A stretch of 41,729 nt of DNA, taken from a virus (lineage: Duplodnaviria; Caudoviricetes). The position numbers were made by a program, and so were the translations under genes. The DNA lies in the IMG/VR virus record IMGVR_UViG_3300027808_000058, positions 1-41,729 of that record; one strand, given 5' to 3'. Shown here in pieces: positions 6,616-16,479 of the stretch. The first letter of the stretch is position 1; every line of letters starts with the position of its first letter. The notes beneath the pieces were generated by a model that saw only the letters and a list, made by a program, of their open reading frames with translations, was not told the DNA's origin and searched no databases.

Positions 6616-8199
6616 ATGCAAAAAACGCTTAGACAACTCATGGATGACATTGCGCACATAGATGCGGGCCATATCCGACAACGCACTTTGGAAGGCTACA
6701 ATCGCCATGGTAGAGATCTACATCACAAGGAAACCTGGATCTCAGAAGCGCCAGCAATAGGCGTTAAGCCTGCTCCAGCCAAAACAGCACCGATGCAAGG
6801 TGCTAAAAAGTGGCCACAAACTGATCCAGAAATTCGTGCATTTCAAAGAGCCAATCCGCCATTGGTAGTGGATGGAATTATTGGTAAGAAAACACTGGCT
6901 CGACTGACACAGTTGGGCTACGCACCACCCACAGGATTCAAACCAGTAGCAGACAAAGTAATTCCCGGAGCCGCCCCAAAAAGCACACTGGCACCCACTA
7001 CTGGATCAAGTATTATGCCGCCTGCACCAGCCAGCGCCGCACAACCTGCTGTGAATGGTGAAGCTGATGATGACGAGTCCAAGTACACAGTGGATGATTG
7101 GAGAGCACAGGCCGCAGAGCGTGGTGCTGGTCCTGCGGCCATACCAGCCAAAGGTGACTTTAGTGGTGGTAAAAGTGGCAAAGGTCGTATGCCACCGGGC
7201 GAAATGCCTCCCGGTGCCAAACCATTCAAAAACAATCCCACATTACAATATGTGTACAATGGTCAAGTGTATGACCTACGAGACGGTTATCCTATTTCCG
7301 ATGAAAGCCCTATGTTGGCTCCGGGACAGGCAGAAAGAGAAGAAGACAGCAAGTGGGACTCATACGGCAACAAGCGAGGAAGCTATAAGGTAGTGGATGT
7401 TTGCCCTGTGACAGCTGACACTGGCTTGCCCACAGGCGGCAATCCAAACGAAATGGATCGCATACAAAAAGGCTTTGGACGTGGCATGAAACTGGGTGCC
7501 ACTTGGGATTATAAAGGTGCGGCTGTGAGCATATGGTACAGACCCGAGGGTGGCAAAGATCGCATGTTCTTTGACATCAGTACTTTGGCACAGATCATGG
7601 GTGACTGGGCTGGTGCCTTTAAAAGCGTAGGTTACAACATGACCGAAATGAAAGATCTCGGCAAAATAACCAACAGCTTGGGCAATGGACTGGGAGAAGT
7701 ATTCTCACTTGTGAACAGTCAAGGACAAAAGGTACGTGGTGCTGGCAGTGTTCAACAGATTGCATTTACCACAGCAGAAGGTGTAAAGAGTTACGCCACA
7801 GTTGATGTCAGCTTTTTAGGACCAGAAGCCGCATGGTTAAATGGTGGAGAAGCTGTGTGGAAAAACGCATTCATGGGATTGAAAATGGCCCCGGGAATCA
7901 CTCAAATGACACGTACTGAGCGTAAGAAAACTGTGCCCAACTACCAAGCAGATATTGCGGCCAGTACATTGCCAGAAGGTTGGCAACCAGGCCAAATTCC
8001 AAAATTAGAACTTGTGCCCAATACTGGCAAGGACCGGGTGGTCATGTACAAGGGTCGTAGACTGGTAATTACAGGAGGCCGTGGTATATCAACGCGATAC
8101 CCTGATTTTACCGTGGGCGCACATAATTTCGGTATGGCGAGTCGCGGTCAGTTGTCTTGTTGGGTCACTGGCCCAGGCAGTGCTGTGTGTGGTTTCTAG
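6616..8199 (+). CDS. peptidoglycan-binding-domain protein (paralog B), putative internal head protein
   Basis: Same N-terminus MQKTLRQLMDDIA; EIRAFQRANPPLVVDGIIGKKTLARL. Confidence 0.8.
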   Translation: MQKTLRQLMDDIAHIDAGHIRQRTLEGYNRHGRDLHHKETWISEAPAIGVKPAPAKTAPMQGAKKWPQTDPEIRAFQRANPPLVVDGIIGKKTLARLTQLGYAPPTGFKPVADKVIPGAAPKSTLAPTTGSSIMPPAPASAAQPAVNGEADDDESKYTVDDWRAQAAERGAGPAAIPAKGDFSGGKSGKGRMPPGEMPPGAKPFKNNPTLQYVYNGQVYDLRDGYPISDESPMLAPGQAEREEDSKWDSYGNKRGSYKVVDVCPVTADTGLPTGGNPNEMDRIQKGFGRGMKLGATWDYKGAAVSIWYRPEGGKDRMFFDISTLAQIMGDWAGAFKSVGYNMTEMKDLGKITNSLGNGLGEVFSLVNSQGQKVRGAGSVQQIAFTTAEGVKSYATVDVSFLGPEAAWLNGGEAVWKNAFMGLKMAPGITQMTRTERKKTVPNYQADIAASTLPEGWQPGQIPKLELVPNTGKDRVVMYKGRRLVITGGRGISTRYPDFTVGAHNFGMASRGQLSCWVTGPGSAVCGF

Positions 8200-8309
8200 C
8201 TAACATCACTAGAGTAAATTAATGATATTCACTATAGGTTTTGCTCTAGTTCTGTGTTATTATAGTGATACATACTAATGCAGTATGTATTTTATAAAGG
8301 AGAATTCAT

Positions 8310-8381
8310 ATGTGGACTACACCATCAGCAACAGACATGCGCTTTGGTTTTGAAATCACAATGTACGTAATGAACCGTTAA
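8310..8381 (+). CDS. pqqA: PQQ precursor peptide PqqA (not in ORF track)
   Basis: MWTTPSATDMRFGFEITMYVMNR with the canonical E15-x-x-x-Y19; SD AAGGAG at 8297-8302; followed by a terminator. Confidence 0.93.
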   Translation: MWTTPSATDMRFGFEITMYVMNR

Positions 8382-8386
8382 GCAAT

Positions 8387-8415
8387 AAAAAAGCCCAGTA
8401 ACACCTGGGCTTTTT
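8387..8415. terminator. bidirectional intrinsic terminator
   Basis: AAAAAAGCCCAG-TAACAC-CTGGGCTTTTT between convergent genes. Confidence 0.88.
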
Positions 8416-8427
8416 CACGAGTGCGTT

Positions 8428-8991
8428 TTATGCCAACTGTTGTTTGAACCAATCTAAGAATGGTTTATTTTTGGGATCTTGTAAGGCCGTTGCTTGTGCA
8501 TTAAACCGTGTTTGATATATGGATGAGCCATTCCATACTCGATAAAATGGTATTTTTAATCGCTGAGCCGTTGCAAGTTTCTCATGCAAAAACACAATCC
8601 AATATAGATTTAGGTAGTCGGTCATTCCGGCCTGCATCACTTGATCCATGAACTTTCGTTGTTGAGGACGATTGTCAAGCACTAGGCCGTTGTAGCCAAA
8701 ATCTTCTCTGCCTTCAACCAGCGCCAACTGTGCCCAAGTTTCAGGCGATATTGCAGGTAGTAGTTTTCGATCTCTCGCCCATTTGTACGCACTCAACAGT
8801 TTGGTTAGTTGTCCATTTGGATTAAAAGAAAGAGGCAGAGTTTCTACTGCGCCAGTACGCACATCACCTCTCCACGCTTGCAACCACCCAGCAGGTGCAG
8901 GCTTATTTGGCGTCCATTTGCGGGCATCGGTTGGCCCGGGTTCAGCTTGCCCCACTTGCCCACCTTCAATAATAAATTCTCTTAATCTCAT
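8428..8991 (-). CDS. hypothetical protein, possible lysozyme-like/transglycosylase fold
   Basis: Start MRLREFIIE at 8991; helix ending ALVEG (candidate catalytic Glu) and late WNG resemble the SLT-type pattern. Confidence 0.5.
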   Translation of the reverse strand: MRLREFIIEGGQVGQAEPGPTDARKWTPNKPAPAGWLQAWRGDVRTGAVETLPLSFNPNGQLTKLLSAYKWARDRKLLPAISPETWAQLALVEGREDFGYNGLVLDNRPQQRKFMDQVMQAGMTDYLNLYWIVFLHEKLATAQRLKIPFYRVWNGSSIYQTRFNAQATALQDPKNKPFLDWFKQQLA

Positions 8992-9001
8992 ACAATAGTT
9001 A

Positions 9002-12000
9002 TTATGCTTGTGCTTCACCCCAACGTAGAATAACGTTACAGTTGGTGTTAGTACCTGCTACCTTGTACACGTTGATGGCTAGTACGTCAGGACCATTAGG
9101 GAATGTACCACGTCCACCGATACTTGTACTAGTAAGTTCTTTCAATGTGTCCAAGCTCAATGTACTGGTTTCTCCCGGATTAGCAATAAAGGAGAATACC
9201 TGTTCACCTGGCAAGGCAAACTGCGCACCAAATTTAAAGTCTGCGTTACTGCCTGCACTGATAGTGGCATTGGCGGCCTGTGTGAATGTGATACGAAAAG
9301 AAGTGGCTCCAATCACACTGGCAACAGTAAACGCAGTAGCAGTGCCAGTGCCAGTGCCAGTTACAATCAGTGTACCGGCCACACTTGATGTTACCACAAA
9401 TGTTCCATTGTAAGCACCGCCAACAACACCACTCACAGTTACGCTTGAACCCACTGGATACACTGTGGTGCCTGTTAGTGTGTAAGTTTGTGTAGTGCCG
9501 CTACCACTGCTGGCTGCGGCAGATACCGCACTGGCAGTACCGTTAAATGTGCGTGTGGCCACTTGTGTCACAGCTGAACCTGCTGGGAACGCGGTAAACG
9601 TTGAGTTTAGTTTGGTACCAATAGTTGCACCGCTGGCCAACCAACTTGCACTGGTAAAGAACAAAAAGTTCTTGCTTACATAAGTGGCCGCACTGCCTGA
9701 AGCTGTAGCAGTGACCGCAATGTCATTACCACTACCGCTGGTACTGTTGGCGTTGGCGTTGGCACTCATAACAATTCTAGTATGGCTGGTTCCGCCAATG
9801 CTGATATAACTAGGAGTTACACCATTGATAGTTTGTCCACCAGTAATAAATGTATTAACACTCAATAAATCACCCACAGCAATACCGCTGAATAACCAGT
9901 CGGTATCTGTCACTAAGAAGTCACTACGGGTCGCGCTCAATGCTCTGGCATAGGTTGAACTGGTCGCACTGGTGGCAACAATTGCTATGTTATTACCTGA
10001 GCCCGCTGGGCTGGTAGCATTGGCCAGTCCACTCATGATAACACGGGCATAACTTACACCTGCAACTGTTGTGTAGTTGGCAGTGATGTTTGAAATTGTT
10101 TGACTGCCGGTAATATAAGTGGCCACTGCCAACACGTCAGTAACGGCCGCTGTTGTGGCCGCATATTCTGTTTGAGTTATTAAGAAATCACTACGAGCCA
10201 CGTGTAAAGCTGTGTTATAATTGGCCGCTAGACTACTTGTAAATGTCACCGTGATATTTTGTGCGCCGTTAGTGGCCGCCGCAGGACTTGTGGCTGTACC
10301 TACTGCACTTATGCCGATACGTGTGTAATCTGTTCCATCAATAGTAACATAATTCCGTGTGATAGCGTTGATAGTTTGTGCGCCAGTCAAGTAAGTGGAC
10401 GCACTCACAGTATCACCAATGGCCAGTGGTGTGGCCGCTGTGAACCCATCAAAAGCTGTAGTGGTAATCAAGAAATCATTACGGCTTAAACTGATAGCAC
10501 TGTTGTATGTGAGATTATAAGGACTCACAATTGATAATGTCACGTTGTTGCCTGAACCAGCTGTGCTTGTTGTGCTGGGTGCTGAGTTCAATACAATACG
10601 AGTGTATATACCACCATTAAAACTAGGCGTAATACTGCTGATTGTTCTGCCTCCAGAAACGTTGGCACCTGTGACACTGTCACCTAGTGCTGGTAATGGA
10701 CTTATTGCACTAAATTCTGTATTGGTAATTAAAATGTCGGTACGCACAGTATTGGTGGCATTTTGATATCTGGTATTGGTACTTGTTGTGGCAGTTACGT
10801 TGTTGCCATTTCCACCTGTACTGGTCACAACAGGATTGTTACTCAACACAATACGTGTATAGATGCCGCCGCTGAATGCTCTAGTAATGCTTACAATGGT
10901 TGTGGCCGCATTAAAGAATCCACCTGTCAAACTGTCGCCTGGTTGGATAGTGGTAGTCAATGCATCGTATTGTGCGTTGGTGATCAAAATATCATTACGG
11001 CCAGTATTGGTCGCATTGATATAATTGTTATTGCCGTACGGTTGGCCAACGTTGAATCCTCTTGCTGTTAGTGTTTGAGCAATTGGAGTATATGGGTTGC
11101 CGCTTGTAAATCCCAATGCTGTGATGCCAGCAGTTGAATATCCAAAACTCTGTGCGGCTCCAGTTTGTGTCACAGCACTGAAACTTCTAGCTGTTAATGT
11201 ATTGGTAACTGGTGCAAAACTTCTTGCAGTGATTGGTGTTGTAAATGCACCCTGAACCACAGCACTACTGGTACTGGTGTTGCCACTCCATGTTACAGAT
11301 CCACCTGAGGCAATCTGCGCAAAACTTGGCTGTCCACCTGCCGCACTGGACGACAATGTGGTCCAGGTAATTTTAGTAGGATCAGTTGGGTAGTTGATGG
11401 GATTTAAAATGCCCTGTACAACAATTGCACCGCCGCCTGATACTGAATCACTTGCAATGGTAATACCAGATAGTAACAATTGCGCACGATTTAATAATTC
11501 TCTTTCACCCAAGTCGCCTACAATAGCGTTACTTACGCTGGGTGCCAGACGGATCAAGAAGGAAGTGGCCGGATCAACGCTGGCTGTTACACCAGTGGAT
11601 GCGTAGTTAAAAATGTATCCGCGATCATTGTCAAACTGTCCGTCAATCATAAATGCTGAACCCCAGTGACTGATGATAGGAGTAATTGTATTACTGATCA
11701 ATACCACACCCTGGCCTTTTGCATGACTGGCCGCTGGACCTGCGGTAAATGTTCTGTTAGATCCTGCTACAAATTGTGTCAATGGTGCGCTTCTTACACA
11801 GTTTAATAAATTTACACCGTCATTGTTGGTATAACGAATCATTTCGTTTTCAATCATCACAGTGCCAGCAGTTGGAAAGAAAAATGCATTATCCAATGGA
11901 ATAGTTGTGACACTACTGTTAATGGCACTGGCCAGTGAACTTCTTGCACCTTCATTGATAACTTCATAACGAACTGGTTGGTTACCAGTACGCATATATG

Positions 12001-15000
12001 CTTCAGTGTTCACGTTGCTGTTACGGAAACGATGTGCAAATACATAATCGCCTGTTGGACCACGTAGCATGAAGTCAATAAAACCAGCACCATACCATGT
12101 CCATTGCATACCAATCATTTGCATTTTTGTCACATCTAAACTGTAGCCGCTTGGGCCTGAACCATTTAATGGATCCAAGTTCCAGCTTTCTTGTGGAACT
12201 ATCAAGTCAACAGTTTTACATGCTTTGGCACCAACTACATCGGTTACTCCTCTATAGTCAGGACTCACAGATATGTTGGTATCGCTGATAACGTTTGTAA
12301 CCACATGGCTCATTCCGCGAATAACAATGCGATCGCCGGATATCAATTGTTGTGTAAATCTAGTGTTTGTTCCTGTGACGGTGTTGCCGTTAGCCGGAAT
12401 GTTAATAATGCCTGCAAGTTGGAAAGTACTGGAACGTTTGACCAACGCCATTCGCATGCCGTCATATTGATAAAACATACCGTTCTGGTCGTCAAATGTG
12501 CCTGAACGCACAGTTGCACCATGCCAGTTGCGCACACTCATTACGCAAGGACTACCAATAACAGCAGTAGTGGCTCCTAAAGATGTAATTGCAACTACTT
12601 TTAACACACGCTCATTTACAATGTTAGTTACAGTATAAACTCCGTTATAGCCGGTGGTTGTAACTCCACTAATTTGAATTGCCGCACCAACTTGGCATCC
12701 GTGATCCACATCATCGCTAGTTAATGTAATAACAGATCCCACTGTGGTACCTGTGGATGTTAAACTTTGAATATCATAGCTAGGAGCAAACAATGCACCA
12801 GTGTTGTAGGATACACCTTTACCTGATTGGTAACGAATATATTTCTTACTCATACGAATTGCCACTGCACCGTGAGCTGGGCCGCCAGTTCCTAGTTGTA
12901 CGCCGCCGTCCAATGGTCTATGCACATAATAACTGTCAGGACGACTATAAACAGAACCAAACAAGGTGTTGCTGATTATGCCCGGAGATCTAGCAGTGTA
13001 TCTAATAGTACTGCTAGTTGGAGCTTGCTCTACAAAATACGGTCCAGATGCTAATTGAGCATTTGAACCGGTGCTACTAATTGTAACAGTTATGCTATCT
13101 CCAGGAATAAATCCATGAGGGCTAGTAAACTGAATTTCAATGGTCGCAATACTGGTATAGTTGATAGACGTAGCACTTGTAATGACGCCTGTGGTTACAT
13201 CATTGATTGAAACAGCACTGATAAAATCTTTGTTAGGTGCTATTACTGGACTACCTGCTATAGTAAATGCTGTGATGGCGCCGCCTGCTTGGACAGTTAA
13301 TACACGAATCACAGCACTCGTAGCGCCGCCTCCTATAGTAATAATTTCATTGGCAACGTATCCTTGCCCCGCCTCATTTACAGCAATACTTGTTACAATG
13401 CCACCATTTGCGGTGTCGCATCCAAGAATATCAACAGTTAGTCCAGTACCGCTTGCACTTGCTGTTGTGGCTAATCCAATTTCTGTTCCCGTATATCCAG
13501 TGCCGCCCACCAGTGTAGCTGTATCAAATGTGTCTACGGAATTGATATTGCTGGCAGTTGTTACTGTAATGGTTATGTCATTGCCAGTGGTAACCCCTCC
13601 AACACTTGTTCCCAAAATAGTAATAGTATTTGTGGCAATATACCCGTTGCCGGCTGAAGCACCGATCACTGCTGAATAAGCAAGACCTATTCTGGATACA
13701 TTAAAGATTGCGCCTGTGCCAGTGCCTGAAGTGACACTTTGTGATAATCCGTTGTATGTTTGGTTTGTTCCTAAAATTCCGCTAGTTAGTGGCCCACTTA
13801 GTCCAACGGTATTAGTAACTACAGTTGTGACTTGTACAGCAGATCCGTCCCCCCGATTGAATACCAGGCCTGGAAGTATTCCACTAGTACTAGCAACTAT
13901 CAACTGAGTATCACCAGCTTGGGCAGTTGTTGTTAATTTGGTAGTGGCAACAACTCCGCCAGTGCCTGTGATTGCTGTGATTTGTGTGCCAGTACTGATG
14001 CTGGTTCCGGTTATAGGTGCTCCTAGTACTGGAGCAGTGCCGGTAAATCCAAAAAAGTTACTGCCCGATGGACTGGCCAATGATGTGGTAAATGTTCCAG
14101 ATTGTCCATTTGAATACACGTTGAATGACGGGTTACCAACTGTTGAACCTGTATAAAATCCTGCACTGCGTAGCTGGGTATAGCTAGAACTTAACAATGT
14201 TGGGTTAACTGTGCCAACTTTGCTTTTTGCATAATATGAGAATACGTTACTGGATGTAACAGTAGCAACAATAAATGTTCCCTCAGCACGGCTAAATCCA
14301 CTAACACTGCTGGCCAATGCTTTGATTGTGAACACATCACCGACCGCAAAGGCGTGAGCGGCCAAAGTGGTAACTGTAAGTAAACTTGCTCCAACACCAG
14401 CTGTGCCGTTGGATGCATCTGTAAACACACTCACAACAGCTTTGTCACTGCCTGGTATTTCGTACACGCTTGGATAATTGCGCATCATGGAGATGGTCTG
14501 CCATTTGGTTGGTTGTAATCCGTACTCAAAGTCAGCGTCCAACATGCTTTGTGGAATACCAACTTTGGCACGTTCCATAGCATCTGTGCCAATGCTGTTT
14601 AAACGGACTGTTTGTTCTTTGCCTTCGACAAATATTTGAATATTGTCAGTCACCATCATTCCAGTAGTATCTACATTGAATGTCAGTGTTGTAATTTGTT
14701 CGTTGCCAAATAATGCACCAGCAAAATCACTATCAAAGTTACTGCTGTATGTTACTTGGCCTGCACTGTCAGTGTCTGCAAAGTTGTATAAAATAACATT
14801 GCGACTGGCATTAGTGATCAATAAGAAATCTTTAATTTTATAAAACCCAGGAATTTTAACATATCCTTGATTTGAAATTAATGTAGGTAAATTGCTCAAG
14901 CCGGATGTAATAACGTTGATAACAATATTGGTTAACGCTACAAAATGTGCGCTGGCTCCTAATTCTGGCGTATATGATTGATTAACAACTTGGAACACTG

Positions 15001-15925
15001 TTGTGTTTCGAGCGGTGGCCGCTATGTTAGTTAAAATATAATTAGAGATTAGATCTCTAATAAAAGTGTGTGCTGAAATTTCAGGGCCTCGGTCGCCGTC
15101 AACTTGAGGATAGCCGTTGTCAAAATATTTACTTGCATTGAAATATGTTTGTCTGTTACCACTGTGTTTAAGGTCGCTGATATAACCTTCTAACACATAG
15201 CTGACGTCTCTGCGACATTTTTCTGCATTATAGGTGTAATAAGCGAACGGTGCAATATTATTAGCAACATTGTAGGCAATATAAGCAATAACCTCTTCTT
15301 GTACAAAGCGTTTGTTTGCATCAATAAGTGCCACTGCTTGAGTTAGCAACATACCTCCTTGATTATTTGGACTAACAACAGCGGGCAATGAACTTAATCC
15401 AACATTAATTGAATTGATAATGTAATTCATTAGGGTTGAACTTCGAGTAATACCCAATGCTTCGCCCGGATTATCAGTAGTTGATTGTGTTACTGTTGAA
15501 TTTAATCTGGTATATGTTGTGTTAGTTAAAATAAAATTAGTAATGCGGCCGCGTAACCAAGTTTTAACATCAACCTCGATTGCAGGAGTAAGAACTTGTG
15601 TAACACCAGCAATATAATAATTGGCGCCTGTCTGATAAACTAAGCTGTTTCCGCCGTAAGTTAAATCATAAACTATGGCATCTATATTGTAACCAATATC
15701 AAGTTTTTGTTTGTTAGATTTGGTAGCATCGTATGTGTAGTTGTAATATGGACTGCCGTTGTTAGCCACGTTGGCAATTATTTGCGCAAGAATATATGCG
15801 TTGGTTTCAGCAACAAGGAAAGCTCTGTTAGCAGTTAATAGTGCTACTGTTTGTGGATACTGATTGTAAGCTGGAGGAATTGCTCCTGGTACAAACTTAT
15901 AATTAGATATTTGTTTCTTTGACAT
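9002..15925 (-). CDS. giant (2307 aa) virion structural / tail-fibre-like protein
   Basis: T/S/G/A-rich beta composition; DADFEYGLQPTKW; paired N-terminal helical repeats; ~90-aa C-terminal repeats. Confidence 0.8.
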   Translation of the reverse strand: MSKKQISNYKFVPGAIPPAYNQYPQTVALLTANRAFLVAETNAYILAQIIANVANNGSPYYNYTYDATKSNKQKLDIGYNIDAIVYDLTYGGNSLVYQTGANYYIAGVTQVLTPAIEVDVKTWLRGRITNFILTNTTYTRLNSTVTQSTTDNPGEALGITRSSTLMNYIINSINVGLSSLPAVVSPNNQGGMLLTQAVALIDANKRFVQEEVIAYIAYNVANNIAPFAYYTYNAEKCRRDVSYVLEGYISDLKHSGNRQTYFNASKYFDNGYPQVDGDRGPEISAHTFIRDLISNYILTNIAATARNTTVFQVVNQSYTPELGASAHFVALTNIVINVITSGLSNLPTLISNQGYVKIPGFYKIKDFLLITNASRNVILYNFADTDSAGQVTYSSNFDSDFAGALFGNEQITTLTFNVDTTGMMVTDNIQIFVEGKEQTVRLNSIGTDAMERAKVGIPQSMLDADFEYGLQPTKWQTISMMRNYPSVYEIPGSDKAVVSVFTDASNGTAGVGASLLTVTTLAAHAFAVGDVFTIKALASSVSGFSRAEGTFIVATVTSSNVFSYYAKSKVGTVNPTLLSSSYTQLRSAGFYTGSTVGNPSFNVYSNGQSGTFTTSLASPSGSNFFGFTGTAPVLGAPITGTSISTGTQITAITGTGGVVATTKLTTTAQAGDTQLIVASTSGILPGLVFNRGDGSAVQVTTVVTNTVGLSGPLTSGILGTNQTYNGLSQSVTSGTGTGAIFNVSRIGLAYSAVIGASAGNGYIATNTITILGTSVGGVTTGNDITITVTTASNINSVDTFDTATLVGGTGYTGTEIGLATTASASGTGLTVDILGCDTANGGIVTSIAVNEAGQGYVANEIITIGGGATSAVIRVLTVQAGGAITAFTIAGSPVIAPNKDFISAVSINDVTTGVITSATSINYTSIATIEIQFTSPHGFIPGDSITVTISSTGSNAQLASGPYFVEQAPTSSTIRYTARSPGIISNTLFGSVYSRPDSYYVHRPLDGGVQLGTGGPAHGAVAIRMSKKYIRYQSGKGVSYNTGALFAPSYDIQSLTSTGTTVGSVITLTSDDVDHGCQVGAAIQISGVTTTGYNGVYTVTNIVNERVLKVVAITSLGATTAVIGSPCVMSVRNWHGATVRSGTFDDQNGMFYQYDGMRMALVKRSSTFQLAGIINIPANGNTVTGTNTRFTQQLISGDRIVIRGMSHVVTNVISDTNISVSPDYRGVTDVVGAKACKTVDLIVPQESWNLDPLNGSGPSGYSLDVTKMQMIGMQWTWYGAGFIDFMLRGPTGDYVFAHRFRNSNVNTEAYMRTGNQPVRYEVINEGARSSLASAINSSVTTIPLDNAFFFPTAGTVMIENEMIRYTNNDGVNLLNCVRSAPLTQFVAGSNRTFTAGPAASHAKGQGVVLISNTITPIISHWGSAFMIDGQFDNDRGYIFNYASTGVTASVDPATSFLIRLAPSVSNAIVGDLGERELLNRAQLLLSGITIASDSVSGGGAIVVQGILNPINYPTDPTKITWTTLSSSAAGGQPSFAQIASGGSVTWSGNTSTSSAVVQGAFTTPITARSFAPVTNTLTARSFSAVTQTGAAQSFGYSTAGITALGFTSGNPYTPIAQTLTARGFNVGQPYGNNNYINATNTGRNDILITNAQYDALTTTIQPGDSLTGGFFNAATTIVSITRAFSGGIYTRIVLSNNPVVTSTGGNGNNVTATTSTNTRYQNATNTVRTDILITNTEFSAISPLPALGDSVTGANVSGGRTISSITPSFNGGIYTRIVLNSAPSTTSTAGSGNNVTLSIVSPYNLTYNSAISLSRNDFLITTTAFDGFTAATPLAIGDTVSASTYLTGAQTINAITRNYVTIDGTDYTRIGISAVGTATSPAAATNGAQNITVTFTSSLAANYNTALHVARSDFLITQTEYAATTAAVTDVLAVATYITGSQTISNITANYTTVAGVSYARVIMSGLANATSPAGSGNNIAIVATSATSSTYARALSATRSDFLVTDTDWLFSGIAVGDLLSVNTFITGGQTINGVTPSYISIGGTSHTRIVMSANANANSTSGSGNDIAVTATASGSAATYVSKNFLFFTSASWLASGATIGTKLNSTFTAFPAGSAVTQVATRTFNGTASAVSAAASSGSGTTQTYTLTGTTVYPVGSSVTVSGVVGGAYNGTFVVTSSVAGTLIVTGTGTGTATAFTVASVIGATSFRITFTQAANATISAGSNADFKFGAQFALPGEQVFSFIANPGETSTLSLDTLKELTSTSIGGRGTFPNGPDVLAINVYKVAGTNTNCNVILRWGEAQA

Positions 15926-15941
15926 TTATAATTTTCCTTGT

Positions 15942-16451
15942 TTAGCTCATTGCAATTGCAAGTGCAATGGCTTTTACATCTACATATTTTTTATTTGTTG
16001 CGTGTGTTGCTAGCGTTGGTTTAGTACTTATCACAGCATTGCCGCCCACTGTGACATCATTGGTTGTTGTTACAGTACTGGTTGTTACGGATGTACTTGC
16101 TACAGTATTTGCTGTGACATTACCAGTCACATTACCTACTACAGCACCAGTATGAGTTCCAGTAGTGTTACCAGTCACATTACCTACTACAGCTCCAGTA
16201 TGAGTTCCAGTAGTGTTACCAGTCACGTTGCCTACTACGGCTCCAGTATGAGTTCCAGTAGTGTTACCAGTTAAATTTCCGCTGAATGTACCAGTAGCAA
16301 TGCCTGTAAAGGTTGGGTTAGTAAATATTGAAGCTGTACTTTCGAGGCTTGGTGGTTTTACTTCCCATGCTACGCCATTCCAAAACCACATGTCTGTGCC
16401 TACTATCACAGTGTCATTTATTGCGGGACTATTGGGGAAATTTATTGCCAT
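15942..16451 (-). CDS. short fibre-like virion protein
   Basis: MAINFPNSP..W.WNG.AW head; GNVTGNTTGTHTGAVV repeats; ATNKKYVD motif. Confidence 0.8.
   Translation of the reverse strand: MAINFPNSPAINDTVIVGTDMWFWNGVAWEVKPPSLESTASIFTNPTFTGIATGTFSGNLTGNTTGTHTGAVVGNVTGNTTGTHTGAVVGNVTGNTTGTHTGAVVGNVTGNVTANTVASTSVTTSTVTTTNDVTVGGNAVISTKPTLATHATNKKYVDVKAIALAIAMS
16121..16271. repeat. 48-bp in-frame tandem repeat, ~3 copies
   Basis: CCAGTCAC recurs at 16123, 16171 and 16219. Confidence 0.9.
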
Positions 16452-16479
16452 GGTGTGTCCTGTTTTGTATATTTAATCA

